A stretch of 64,000 nt of DNA. Source: Raillietiella orientalis. Taxonomy: Eukaryota. The notes beneath the pieces were generated by a model, which was not told the origin of the DNA, ran no database searches, and was given only the letters and a program-made list of their open reading frames with translations. Location: assembly GCA_036172245.1 (NCBI GenBank), contig JAYWIR010000021.1:1488001-1552000 (forward strand), written 5' to 3'. Positions 1 through 20,800 of the stretch are shown in pieces (the first letter of the stretch is position 1; each line of letters opens with the position of its first letter). The position numbers were made by a program, and so were the translations under genes.

Positions 1-3000
1 ACAAGCAGGAAACGGTCCGGCAGCTCCTCCACGGCTATAAATTTTTCCAGCCGAAGGATGCAACTTCTTTTGCTGCTTCCGTAGAACCATACAGTCGCCA
101 CACCTCCACATCTCTCTCTTAATTCCCAGCCATGCCATCCTCAGGCTCATCTTGATCCTTCAACTTACTTACCCTTCTGGGATGAAAGATGCTTGCTCCT
201 TGTTCCTTATCGACTCCCGTTCCACGATGCTTTCTCGTGTACAGCACCTCGCGATCTCTTCTATTCTCTCTGCTTCCTCCGCCTTGCAGTCTTCCCACAA
301 CCCTTGTTAGTTGCTCTGCAGTCTTTCCAATCGCGTTCTGTGAAAAAAATCTTTTCGAAATTGTCAGCAAATCCTCAACAGTTTCGAAAACTGGCAGCTC
401 GCTCCCACACCTGACCAAGCAGTAAGACCTTGTCTCATCTTGCCCCCCTCCCTCCCTTGATTCGATGAAAAAATGTATTTATCATCGAATCAAGTCCCTG
501 AATTCCTAATGGTACTCGAACTTTCCTTCTCCGCGTCCCTGAAACCCTCTTTGACCTACTTCTTCCAACGTACTCTTCACGCTGTCCCGACTTACCTCAA
601 ACATCGGAAACAACCGCCATAAAGTGCGGTCTCTATAAATCATTGGGAACCTCCCGAACAAAGACACCCTCCAAAAAGTCGGACTTTGATCCACCGTGAT
701 GATATCGAAGAGAGGCTCTTCGGCATCACAAAGCGGTGTGATCTGTACCATCTCACTATCTGCGGCACCCACCGCTCCTGTTCAGAAGGAATATCAAACG
801 TGCAAGCTCACCAGTCCATTTGTATTTGACAGAAGGCAAGTCACGGTGGCCCACACCTGGCGTCAATCCCTTACGCCGAGCATTCACTGAAGGGAAATGG
901 AGATTCTAGGAATGGGGCCCATATTTCCGTTCGAACCTCGAGTTCAGGCAAGGCAAAGTGATCGAATGGACGCCGCTGTCGATTCGATTCACCACCGTAC
1001 GGATCCCTTAGTACCATCGGAGGGAAGCTGCGGCGGGGATCAGCGTCATGGTTTCAAACAGTTGCAGGGATGAACCTTCAGCGAAGGGGAATAGCCAGAC
1101 CTCCGGTTCTCGGTGCCTTATGCTGAGGAGACCTGTCATCTGGCATGTGCACTCTTCGGTAAACAATAAGGAAGAGAGGCTGGTCGATTCCGAGCTTCAT
1201 TTCCTCGTGTCGTCCGGGCCGACATCATCGGAGCCATAGCCTTTTTTGACCTTGTTCTTTGATTAGTTCCCGGGAGATATTAACAAGAAAGCCTTGTCAG
1301 CTGCAGAATCAGGCTGGCCGGCTGCCGCAACGCCGAAGAAAAATGGGAGTCTCCATAAAGGGATACGCCGTGTCTGCTGAGCGGCTGCGGCCATTTCAGT
1401 TTGCTTCTTGCTTTCCCCTCCAGCCCCACTCCTCTTTTGCCTGGTTCCATGCCACTCTTGAATTGCAGTATCTCAGCCGCACAGGAGGGGGAGGGGGGAG
1501 AGAAGAAGAAGTAAATCTATGTTTTTTGTTCCCTCTCGATCTGGCCCTTTCGTCCCTTCTTGTTTCTTCTTGCTGACAAGAAAGCAGATAGAAGAGCACA
1601 GCAGCGACCAGTCCTATATCCCGCGTCCCGGTTCTTATGTCGGAGCACTGCGTTGGTCCGCGTAGCTTTTAGTGAGGAGAATTTCGAATGATTTTCATCC
1701 GTGATGATCGGGGAAATCTCCTGTTGCTAGGGGGAGCTGCCACAACGGACTGTAGTAAGTTTAAGTAGACAAGAATATCGTAACGGAAATGGCGGACGAG
1801 TTCCAGGAGAAGATCAGCTGAAACTCACGAAGGACACGATGTCTTGAGTGATTAATTCTCGCACGATCTTCGACGCTTAGTAACGGTTCTTACTTTGAGA
1901 GGACACTTCCTTGGAGATGACTAAGGATCACTTTTCATGAAACCGAACCAAAGCTGCTCCACGCACGGGTGCTGCTGAGCCACGGTGTGCCATGGGAACC
2001 GCCTCCACCGTGGATGACGGTGGGCCGGCATTCAAGTCGACAGCGCAGTGGCATTCCACCCAACAATCCGCAGATGGGCACGTCAGCGGTGCGGTCTCGT
2101 GGGAAGAGGCAGCTCTTCGAGCCAGCAGTGTGCTGCTGCCACACTACGTCCGAGTGCAGTGCTATTTAAGACTGCCTGCTCGGTCCGAAAGGCAGGCAGC
2201 TGAGGAATCGCACTCGGGAATCCTGCCGGAGCCGCCATGTCCCCCTCGTGGAAGAGAGCTTGCTTGCAGCCGCGTGCCTAGGCGACGGAAACGCATCCGT
2301 GGCAAAGGTGGTTCGGTTCCGTGCCGGTCTTAATCTCACCAAACTGGGGAGGAGCGCAAAAGGTTCCTGAAAAACGAGTAGTCCTCTGGAAAACCCTATT
2401 AATTATTGCAGCGTCTGGAAGCAGTCATAAACTGGAAGATAAATGGAGATGGAACGATGGAGGTTGCGAAGTGAACTCTTTTATCCTGAGTGGATGCAGG
2501 AGCTGAAGGGGACTGCAGGCTTCGTGCGAAGACGCGATCGTAATGCGAAAAGGTCATTAAAGGAGGCGCAAAACAACGCATTTCCTTTCGCAGTCAAAAA
2601 CGCCAATCATCGAAAGACAAGCGCGGGGAACAGGTGGAGGCAGTTGCTGCCCGAGACGACCATCAGTAAGCAGCCTTGACGTTCTGTTCCAGAAGCGCGG
2701 TTTCCTGTTGGGGAAATGTCCCGGAGCTGGAGCTTTGGCGTCTCCGAAAGTCGGGGAACTGGCGTTTTCTGGAACCGCCTCCGCCAGCGGGAGGTCGCTT
2801 CACCCCTGGCAACGCCGAAAACGCCGCGCGGCGAATTTCGCTCTGCGGGAGGAGCGAGCGAGCGCGTCGCGGATCCGGTTACATCCCTGACTTGTTTACG
2901 ACCCACGGGGATCGTTAAGGAATAAGACGGGATTAATCCTAATTAGTGGACACTCTCCCGGCTGGATTGGAAGAACCTCTGGCTCCAGCTCAATTATCGG

Positions 3001-4820
3001 GAAGGGAGGGGAGGAAGGGGAAGAATAGGGGGAGGAGACGAAGACGAAAGGTCTGACGTTCGCGCTGGCGAAAGAGGCAGCTTGTACAGAGATACCCAGT
3101 TCTCCTGGCTTCCTTGACTTCGCATCGCCGTTCGTCCGACCTTGTCTTAGTGTGGGTCCAGTAGTCTCCGACGTCTCGCCGACCTTGCGGCAATCGACGA
3201 CCCGCGGAAAGTGGGAAGATGGAAAGAGGCGAGGGGAGACGGAGAACAAGACGGACATCCGTCGGTCTTGCCGATTTCCGTTTCCATCGCCGTGGGTCTT
3301 CCATGTCGCCACGTGCGGCCGAGCAGCGTCTTCTCGCCGCATGCGAACCCACACCGCCGCCCCCGGGAACGCGCTTCCCACTCCCTCCAACTTTTTCCCG
3401 AACTTTCTTTTGCTTTCGTGAGGGAGGGCTCTCGAAGGTTCCGTTTTTCGCAAAGGGGGAAGCTTCGGGCGACGCCACCGTCAGTCGAAGTAGGAATTTC
3501 CGTCTCTCCCCGGATTCTCCCCACGGGAAGAAGACTCTCCGGAAATCTCCCGGTGTCGCTGGTGTCCGGTTACGGGGGCGAAAGGAGTTTCGGCGCGTGA
3601 TATCGCGAGAACCTAGCCGAAAAGTAGGGGAGAGGGGGAGGAGACGAGGGGTACCATTCACGGTTCCTACCCACCGCTCCCTACCGACTCCCGGGACTGT
3701 CACGCCTGCCCCAGATCGGCCACTCGGCCGCGGAAGCATCCGCCAACCCTTCGAAGCGGATGCATCCGAATCGGCCACTCGTGCAAGGGAGGGCGTGCGT
3801 CCGGAGGTACTGGAGAGGAATGTCGGCAGGGGCGTGCTCTGGAAAGCAGTTCACTCATCATTGCTAGGGGAAGGCATGAGTGTCAGTTGTCATAGAGCCG
3901 CTCCGTGACTTTAAAGGAGGGACCTCGTCGTTTTCGCTGACTCTTGTCACGCCGATAGAATCAAGGGAGATGCCGAAGGGGGTCTGCTAGCAAATCCCCA
4001 GAGCAATGGGCAATGAGAAGCAGGCCAGCTGCCGCGGCAGTAGGGACTTCCCTGTGACGAAAATACCGCAAATGTCTATTGGGATGGTTGTTCCTACCTT
4101 CTAGGGCACTGCATCATCTCCCGGGAGGCGCTTTCCCGGGGGGCTGTGAATGTAAGAGGAGGCTGTGAGGGGTGCTAGCGTTTGGGCGCACCAGACTAAG
4201 GATGCGGTGTCTTCGATCTCTTTCGGCCCTTTCCTCCTTGGACAGTGAGTTCCGGGAAACCAAGGAAACGTCCCTCTTTTCTGGGAAACGGTCCTTTCTG
4301 TGGGGAAGCCACCTGCAGTGCCAATGCAGACAGCAAGAATCGCTCCTCAACTTCGGCAGACAGTTGTGAACGGCTTTATTCTTTCTTGAGTCGCAGCAGA
4401 TGACGACCAGGAAGAGGAAGGAGACGCTATCGAAAAGAGCAACTGGAACTAGGGTCACTCGAGTCCCTCACCCCCCCAAAAAAAAAAGATTTGAGCCCAT
4501 CACGCGCCTGGGCGCGGAGCAGTCGACAATTTTCTTTTGTAGGAGCACTGCAAGGGAGGGTGCTCACCAACGGAAGAAGATACTGGCAACTGCTGCTGGG
4601 CCATTGTGGTCCGTGGCGACATACAGACGCTTGGACCAGCCAAGAATAGCTCAGGAAATTGTTCGTTGCTTCCATCAGATCTGTGAGTAAGTGGGATTTA
4701 CACGACAAAGTGCCCGCACTTTCGTCCTTTCCTAAATGGCGCTCTCAAACGAGATCCCGGCGGAGGAAACAACTGCATAGCGAATGTGAGCAACATATTA
4801 GCCTATTTCCAAATTGATGG

Positions 4821-4826
4821 TTTATT
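4821..4826 (-). terminator. Candidate poly(A) signal (AATAAA) for SLC30A9
   Basis: tttatt on the + strand about 700 nt downstream of the SLC30A9 stop, near the edge of the AT-rich block. Confidence 0.35.
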
Positions 4827-5526
4827 ACAAAACATCAAGGGCTAAGCCTTTCGCATATTTTGTAAACAAGGAAAACAGTCCACATGGGATGCTATCACAG
4901 AATGAGAGAGAAAAGAAGGGGGAGGAGAGGGGAGGACACAGCTGCAGTTTTGGTATCCCAGACGTCCACTCGCTTGACACGTAATATCTTGGCCAAGTTG
5001 GTTGGTTGCACTCCAAAACACGGAAACAAGGATGGGCATTATAGAAGACTTGCACATAAACAATTCGATGGCCTCCTTGTTACGACAGCATTCATGTCGA
5101 CAAAATCGTTTAATTTCAAGCAATTCTGGTACAGTTGTCCAATCAAAGCAGGAAAACATCGTATTCGAAATCTAATGCACCGTCGACTCGGATGCATGAA
5201 TCACTATGCATCCGCACTAACGTCTCGTATGCACTACAAAAACTAAAAATAAAAGCATTCGTGCTCAGGATATGCAAAAGCATTTGAGAATCCGAATAAT
5301 CAAGCAGTGCAACTGATCGCCATGAGCAGAGAGAAATTTAATTCTGCAGCACAAAATTAACTTCATCTCATAGCCGACTTCTTTGAAAGAATGAAGAATA
5401 CAAAACATACACGTGGGGACAACTGTAGTGCACTGATGTCCTCATGTTAACAGATGTAAACACCAATAGTCACTGTGTGAACTTGGGAATGTTTCCATCT
5501 GAAAAGGAGACCTTGAAGATAAACAC

Positions 5527-8035
5527 TTATAAGACTTCTAGGTCACAGTGTCTGATTTCTGGGTGATTTGCCTGAAAGACACAGACATCACATACATGTG
5601 AATTTGTTACCTATTAGATTACCTTGAGTTTCTTCTCAATACGATCAATCTCAGCCCCCAAAAGATCCACAATGTTCTCCCCATGCTTGAGCATGAAGGT
5701 TTCAATATCCTCAATGGATTTCATTCCTTGGACCTCCTGTTCTTATCACTGATATGTGCATCACAGTACCCCTTTCACAAGACCTTCAACAGCAGATCAA
5801 GATCCTGATTATCCAGATAGAGGCGTGTAAGTTCTCGTCCATCAATGTCAACTTCAGCTTTATATCGAACCATCGAATTGCCCATGTTGATACCCTTAAC
5901 ATCATAAATAGCCCTAACCATAACATCCTGCTCTAATTCGTCATTGATCCTTTGCAATGTATCTGTAGAAATTGACCTGTTGAAAAGTCACAAAATGCTG
6001 ACTCACCAAAGATCAAGAAATTCACATACCTATACATCAGTACCCGAGAGTTCGTATAGATAATGATAGAAGCAATTGAACCCAGAAGACCACCTAGGAT
6101 CAAAGAACCTATAGCATCAGGAAGCGAACTGCCAACATAACTGGCCATGCCCATACACCCAGCAGCAATAAGTAGTCCAAGAACTGAGGCAACATCTTCC
6201 ATGAACACCACAGAAACCACTGGATCTTCTCCAATGAGCACTGGATTGAGTAAACCATAGCTCAGTTGATAATAATGTCTACTTACAATACTGGCGAAGA
6301 GATATGCCCTTCAGTTTGGCTCCTTTCCATAAGGAGTGAGCTGCCAATCCTAAGGTGATGCTTTCTGATACCAATGAACCTGCTAAAACAACAAAGGCCT
6401 AAAAGATTTATCAGAAGCTAAGAAGCTGGGCAATGTACCCAGTACAGGGATTCCAAAGGAGCTGGATGAAATGCACCATAAATACCATGATACACTGATA
6501 ACCCAGCACCAACACAAAAAATTCCTACTCCAGAAACTAATGAAGCCACATTGCGCATATGAGAGTAACCATAAGGATGAGATTTAGTGGCTCTCTAAAA
6601 AGGATCTCATGAACACATGCACACAGACATGAGTCCACACCCTGCGTGACTGGTAGAGTCCAAAGGCTAAAATCAACTGGTTGCATGTATCAGCAAATGA
6701 ATGCACTGCTTCAGAAAACATACTGTGAGAGCCACTGTAAACCCAAGCTCCCAATTTTAGTATGCAGTTCGTAGCATTGCTAAAAAATAAGTTGCACTAA
6801 AAATTTTTAATAACTCAATATTGTTTACATAGCAATGGCACTGAGTATCACTCTGCTAGAGCCATGTCTCTGTTCCTCAGCCCGAGCTTGTAAATCCTCA
6901 TTTTCCCGATTTCTGTATTCTTTCAAAATTCTCTTGACATCAAAGATATCTGCAGCATGAAATTGAGCATGGAAATCAATATTTTAAAATTATTCTCTTA
7001 CAAAGAGTAAGAGAATTTAATTAAGTTCTCTTCTTTAACAGCTACCTATAAACAAATGAAAAAAGGTATCATATTACCTTCCTCTATTAATAATTCCTGC
7101 TCTCTCCTTCTATTCTTTTCTTTTTCTAGGGCGTCCAAAGTACCCCATACCTGAAGAGCTCTAAGAAGAAACCAACTGCTGCCAAGAACTTTCAAACTTT
7201 ACAAATCCTGTACTTCTTTCCTCGAGTATACAGTTATAGGGGGTTCACTAAGATGAGGGCTTCTACGTTTTGATTTTCTTAATCCCTCCAGATGCTCTGG
7301 CTTCAGTAAATACTCAGACATGGCACGTGTTGTAGTGATGTAATTTCTCTCTAACTTCTTAATTGCTCTCTTGGGAACAACTAAAATTAAGCAACATGTA
7401 CTTTTTCTGATATTAAAATCAACATGCTCAAAAGTTACAAAACATTCTCAATCACAAGAGACAAACACATGCCATCAAATGAAATGAAAAATGGGAAAAA
7501 TAAACAAAACAATACAACATGAGCCATGAGAATAATAAATATCAAATAACATGCATGAACATACAAGAATTCATACTTTTTAAAACTTTGGTTTCCACTG
7601 ATTTTGTTGCTGATTCTTTTACTGGTTTACCACTATCTTGTGAAACATCACTTGATGACATCGAATAATTTACAGCACAGAAACTACTTGATTCAAAATT
7701 TTTCATTTCGGAAGCAAAACATAAATAGGATCTACACAATTCTGCTGAAACAATAATAGAACTATACTTTAAAGTTGCAAAAAGAAAGACAATTAAAACA
7801 TCCATAAAACAGTTCTAGATCTGTCTTCACTATTTAACGGGCCTTTAAAATAAACATATTTAAACTTGACGTTTACATCCATCACATTTATGAACTTGAG
7901 ATACATACCTTTTAACGTAGATCGTGGACAGCTGGATGCATGCTGTGAAAGCAGATTCATCCAAACACTCAAGTCAGTTCTCCCAACCACCTGTGGAAGA
8001 CACTTGTTCACCTTTTTTAATGAGCTCAGGATCAT
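5527..8035 (-). CDS. SLC30A9: Zinc transporter 9 (cation diffusion facilitator, mitochondrial), ~548 aa. Exons: 7909-8035, 7577-7744, 7203-7380, 7078-7160, 6829-6949, 6641-6779, 6439-6594, 6287-6398, 6030-6240, 5784-5976, 5623-5736, 5527-5571
   Basis: Joining the exons at GT-AG junctions gives 1647 nt in one frame. ZnT9-typical segments: NYITTTRAMSEYLLKPEHLEGLRKSKRRSPH..ALQVWGT, AWVYSGSHSMFSEAVHSFADTCNQ (HxxxD site), HPYGYSHMRNVASLVSGVGIF, EDPVVSVVFMEDVAS, FMLKHGENIVDLLGAEIDRIEKKLK and C-terminal HPEIRHCDLEVL*. The first two exons (presequence-like) are tentative. Confidence 0.93.
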
Positions 8036-10855
8036 TTCTTGGCCTTCATGTCAAAGTGATCATTCTCCCGATAAGCCATCCATGGAGGAAACAGAAGTTC
8101 GCAAGTAACTTTGGCTTGTACACTTAAAATTCCATACACCATTTGTGCGATCCGAGGTGAAGATACCTGGCAGAGTTCTATATTTCATGAGCGTCAATGA
8201 TGGCAATTACATATTTCTCCATTTCATTTTCGTCCAAACTTTTCGTATAAACATAATTACCATACATTAATGACCACTCACCGCACCTTGCAAACAAAAC
8301 GAATTTTTTAGAGTGCCTTTGGATATTCGATTTTCCGCGAAGTTGCCACATGCACATACCGCCAGACTCTTATTTCTTTGAAGACAAAAATTAGATTTTT
8401 ACATGGATTTTCAAATACATGAATGATGGTATCTTGAAAACTCTAATTTCAAGAAGTCCAACATAATACAAAAAGACTCTTGCAGCTTTGGAACCTCAAA
8501 AGAGGAATCACTTGAGCGGCAGCAAATTCATAAAATCTGAAAGCAAGAAATTCTGCAATTCCTTAGTCATCTACTCGTCTACTCCAGCAGAAGGGAAAGA
8601 CCATGTATCCTTCAATTCGTGAGGTATTATTATAATGAAAAGTCTCATGAAAAAAAAAATACACATTTTTAAACGTACAGCAATGTTTTAGTAATTTTGT
8701 TTTTTAAAATTGTCGAGACATCATTTTCAGCACTATACGAATTGCTGTTGATTGTCTAATTGTGTTTTCAGTATTTTTTTCCCCAGGGACAAAGCTTACT
8801 CAAGCTAAATCATGGAGTACGGAACACTAGATGGTACGCACATGGAAAAACAGAGAGGATCAACTGAAATTGATAGGTCATCTCCTATCCACAGAAAAAA
8901 AAAAAAAATTCTGGATAATGTAACGTATCTCCGCTAACTTTTAGACTTCGGAATGAGATGCATCCAAATAAAAAACGAAATTTTCTCGAAGCGATATTAA
9001 TGTTCTGGGAATTTTGCTAAGTAGGATAGAGAATAGTTAAATCCATTTGGAAAATAAAGATGCACAAAAATAACATTATGAGTCCAAACCAATGGTAACG
9101 CAATATAAATTCCTACAAAATGCCTAAGTCGAAGCCCTAAGTTTGTTTTCTAACCTTTAATTATCAGTAGTATCAATTTCAAGGTATGTACTCTATTCGT
9201 AATAACTTTAGGGATTTATGTTTTTGATTGCTATTACTTAAAATATTTGCCATGCTGTTTATCATCAGTGAACTAAATTCCTCACTTGTCTCTGCTTACA
9301 CTGTGCACTTGTTTCAGCTTACGTTGCTCTAATTCAAGAATTATAGGAAATAATTCTCATAAATTACAGATTAGCGATTAATCTCTAACATAATTCAGAA
9401 GTTTGTCCTGTATCTTGGAACATTTTTTTTTCTTTTGTATTTTTCCTCTTGTGAGTTTGAAGTAAACTAAATATTTCTATTTAATTCATCTGGTGACATC
9501 GTGATTCCATGAACCAAAATATTTTCAAGCTTTCCTTCAACGATGTCGTTAGTAGCATGTTACCCACAGATGTTCCTAAAATAATCGTTATAAAGCATGT
9601 CTACTAGGTCTGTTTAGTTATAGCTACAAAAGAGTTTACAAAAGTTTTAGTATGAAGAAACTTATAATAAAAAACACTGAGCCAGACAAGTTTTTGTGTT
9701 AATTGTATATTTGTAATGTGTTAGGTGAGTTTGATATTCAATTTGATGCACAACTTTTTGTCTGAGAGTAAGTTTTAGAAGAACACGAAAAAAATACATG
9801 CAAGGGAAATATCAAAAAAAATGAAAAAGTTATTGTAAACTGAACAGAGAAATGATTAATCAACTGAATCCGTAAAATTACGATTTCATGCAATCTTCTC
9901 TATTCCGTTTGCATACAGAGAATACTATACAAATATCGAAAAATACAAGTTTTAGCATATTATTTTAGTTGACTCGTTGAAATAATTTCAAAGTGGGGAA
10001 AATATCGAAATAGATAAACTATAACGTGCATAGGAATGAAAAGAATATTTAATATGGAATGAGTTTGAATATTAATTATGGTAATGCTGCGATTTTTTTC
10101 TAATTCCGGTGATCATGGTCTGTGATTTTCGTTCTCTTATGTAAAGTGATGGGAAAGTCTGGACATAGGTGTATTTTGAAGTGATTTCTGAAATCAGCAA
10201 TTAATTCTACATCAGTCTGGGATACACATACCAAAATTCTTTGCATGGAAAAAATCAAAAGAAGCGTATCGTTGCTTTTGAAAATTTAAATGAAAACTTG
10301 AATTTCTATTTTTAGACTTCTAAAAATTCTACAGACATTTCTTATAAATTCTTTGATTACCATTCACAGCGTTAGATACGTAGCTTTGCTTGTCGTACTG
10401 TCTCCACGTTTGATGTGTAGTGCAATTTACTTTTAGACTTGCCTTTGATTCATGAAGTTATGCTGATGGTAAAAGCTACAATGCACAAACCGTAATGGCT
10501 AAATTTTATATTGATAATTTTATAGTAGATTCAATATGTCAAGAAGAAGAACGACTGCTAGAAATTCAAGGTTTGTTTTACCCTTTGGTGGTTTCTTGAA
10601 GTAGATTGAATAAGGAAACGGGAGTATTTATTACAGAAGTTCTTAATATAGTTAAAAAATAGCGGAAGTAAGAAAAGTATATGCTTATCACAAGTGCAAA
10701 AACTTGGTCGAATTACATAGTAAAACTTATGTTTCAGAAGTCCACCAAAGTTGAAAATGTACAGATTATCTCGATTCCCATGGGTTGCCTGTGTCTACGG
10801 CGTTTCTAAATGTGTAACATCAATATTTTATTAATCAAAAAAAGGAAAGGTCAAG
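8036..10855. promoter_or_regulatory. Divergent (head-to-head) promoter / 5'-leader region between SLC30A9 and NAA15
   Basis: The two start codons point away from each other 2.8 kb apart. The region is AT-rich, has no long ORF, and has several exon-like AG...GT segments on the + strand. Confidence 0.55.
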
Positions 10856-17844
<6,989 letters not shown>

Positions 17845-20800
17845 TACAAATCAGAACCCATGAATTGCCATGTCTGCTGTAGACACGTGGTGTACCAAGC
17901 TTTTTTCTCTCTCTCTCTCTCTTCGAACTCCACGAGTGCTTGTTGGGCTCAAGAATCTCCACTGCGAATGCAGGAATGCAATTTCCGAGGAAATTTAGGG
18001 AAAGGACACGGCCCATACCGCCCTGGGCTTGTTTACCTTGTCTCTGTCCTTACGACGGAATCCCGAATCGAAAGCTGCATGAGCCTGGAGTGCCGACTGA
18101 TTAAATCTGTTCGAGTTTGGTTGGCTTGCTGACGCATCAAGTGTACGTCGCGGCTTTTTCGCTCGCAGGTGGTAGAAAGGTCCGAGAACCCCATAGTTTG
18201 GGGAGCGTCCCCCACCCCCCTCCCCATGAGGTTCTGGGTATCTCCGAAAAAGATTTCAAGTTTTTTTCTCTTTTTAAAAAAAGAGACAACGAAACTCGGA
18301 AGGAGCGTTGTGTGCACGATAGCGTGGCAGCCACGTGTGTAACGCGACTGTGTGGGCTGCTAGCAGACGGTCTCGACGTGCAGCGGTGCATCTGTCACGA
18401 GACCTCCGGAACGAAGGTGCGACAAGTACGATGTGGTGCACTGATTCGGTCGGAGTCCTCTGCAGACCCCCCACCATCGCGGCGGTCTTTGAGGACAAAT
18501 TTGCGTGAGCAGTAGCACCACCATCATCATCTCCGCGCGCGCTTCAAGTGGGCGCCGTCGCAATGCTCGTGCCGGTGCGTAGGTTGATCCGGTGGGGTGG
18601 TTTTCGGAGATGTACGGGGATGTAGCGCATGTACACCTTTTCCAACGCGCGAGCGAAAGGGTGTTTTTTTTTTTTTTCTGGAAAACTCCATCAACTGCGT
18701 TTCAGCATTGGTGTTTAAGAGAGGTAGCGGAAAACTTGGGCTTCTTTCAGTGAATCTGCCCGCAGCTTTTCTCTTTTTTGCCTTGGTTTTTGTCTTCCTG
18801 ATCTCGGCCAGCACCCGCGGACACCTTTTTTGCGTAGCCCTTTTTTTTAAAGCCCTGGTTCAGAAATGCAGCTTTGGCCATTTGGACCTTTACTGCCTCG
18901 ACGATCGTGCGTCGGGATGAGATCTCCGACACCACGAAGACATCAAAGTGGTGCTCTGTCCTCGTGAATACCTGGCAAGCTTCCAAATCCTGAAACCAAA
19001 CAAGTTTCTGGCCAGTGCTTGGAGAAACCCATTCGAGACTTTCGCTGTTGGGGACAGCGGTGTCGCGTTGAGTTTGAGGTTGAGTCATTGCATCCTCGCC
19101 ATCCTCTCCCGTTCAATGCCTGATCGTGGATGCGCGTCTGCCAGGAGTGTGGTGCACATGCGTTCGTCGGGGATGTGCGCACGTGGTTGTCATCCTCCAT
19201 TAAATGGTTGGTTCCCCTGCGCGGTGGAGTACTCTTCCACTAAAAAAAAAAAAGAAAAAGCCAAAGGAAAAGGTTCAGGTGAGGAACCAGTGAAGAACGT
19301 CTCCCAGGTAGGATGTGCAGGTATCCACGTCCGCTTCTGTGCGGAAGAGAGGACGATGCGATCGGGGGCCGGTTCGGAGGGAGCGCGGCAACTGTGGCGC
19401 CTCGGCTGCGGTTTGCCGCGCTGGCACCGCCGCCGAAAGCACGGATGAGGAAGCTCCGAAGCTCCAGGAGTGTCACGAAGAGGGGAATATCATTCTGCGG
19501 CAGCATCGGTCGGAACGCGAGGCTTTCTCCCGATCGCCTGCCGGAACTGCGCGGGCCTGGTCGCGAAGAGCCCTTCCCTCCAGCGGTGCCCGCTGCCGAG
19601 TTACAGGGTCGGTGCGACATGCTCCTCCGCCGCGGCAGAGGGTGCGCCCTGCTGGACGCTTGCATGTCGCCGAGTACCTGGTTGGGCGACGGATCCCTGG
19701 CCCAGAAATGCGGAACCGGACGAGGACGCTCAGGGTAGCCGCTCGTGCGTGACGTCTCGGCCGCTCGAGGGGGCTGTCGCTAAGGAGGAAACTCCCTGCG
19801 TCGCGGAACGAAGAGAGCAAGCGTGATGCGGAGCAGCGTCTGGGGGACGGAGGACCCTTGGTTGAGCTTCGTCCCCACTTAGCCAGAGCGCGGCCACTTT
19901 ACGTCCACGGAGAAGCTCCGCCTTTCGCTGAGCTCCGAGCGACCGCGTGGCGAGCGTCCTTTCTGGCGATGGGGAGTGGACGGAGGAGGGAGGGGTAGTG
20001 TCAGCGAACCGTGGAGAACCGAGGAGCGGCTGGCGGGGGCGGGATCGGAAGATCTCCCGTGCCATCCGCAAGAACCCAAGGTCCACCTTCTGGGCTTCCA
20101 TGAAATCGCTCGTTAGGTCGCGTGGGAGTGGTCTGCTGCGTTTCAGGCGGAGCGGAGGACGGCGAAATTAGCACGAGGGGTCGCTCCTAAGGAAGGGCAG
20201 CACCGAGCCCTTTTCCCCTCTGGTATCGTCTCGGAAGGGCCGAAGGACATGTCCTCCCGTTCCCTCCTCCTCTCCCTCGTGCAGCCGACGCTCCCACGCG
20301 GTCGCTTTCGTTGGCACTTCCGGGACCCGGTAGAGACCCCGGAGCTGCCGACCCCCGCTAGAGGCGCCCGGGAAGGACGGAGGTCCCCGGCTGGAGCAAC
20401 CGGAAAGCATCCTCGAGGCCTTCGTCAGCGTTCGTCCGCCGCACGCGTGCGCACACACCCCTGCGCATCCTTGTCCTCCTGTCTCCGGGAAGACCGGCTC
20501 TGCTCCCATGGGGTGCGACAGGAAACGCCATCCTTCTCAGAGGTGTCTCCGTCTTGGAGAAGCCACCATTAGGGATCGCTATGGTCCTCTAGTGGCCACG
20601 CCGTGCGGTGACATTCTCTCCGACCCCCACACCCCTCCCTCTCTCCCTCCTCCTCTCCCTCTTGCCCCCCACCTCCTCGGAGAGCTTGTCGCGGGGCGGG
20701 CTAAGGGCGCGCCGAGCCGTCGTCGCCACCACGGAGACGGGAGGAGGGTGAAGCGACCCTCGCCCCGTTGGCCGGGTCGTCTCCGAGGCGATCGCGGCAA

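Noticed and set aside
1..4700. Short ORFs and exon-like segments at the window start
   Set aside because: No recognisable domain or consistent splice chain. May be decayed transposon or orphan gene sequence.
8605..8613. U12-type donor-like GTATCCTTC
   Set aside because: Not at the boundary of any supported exon.
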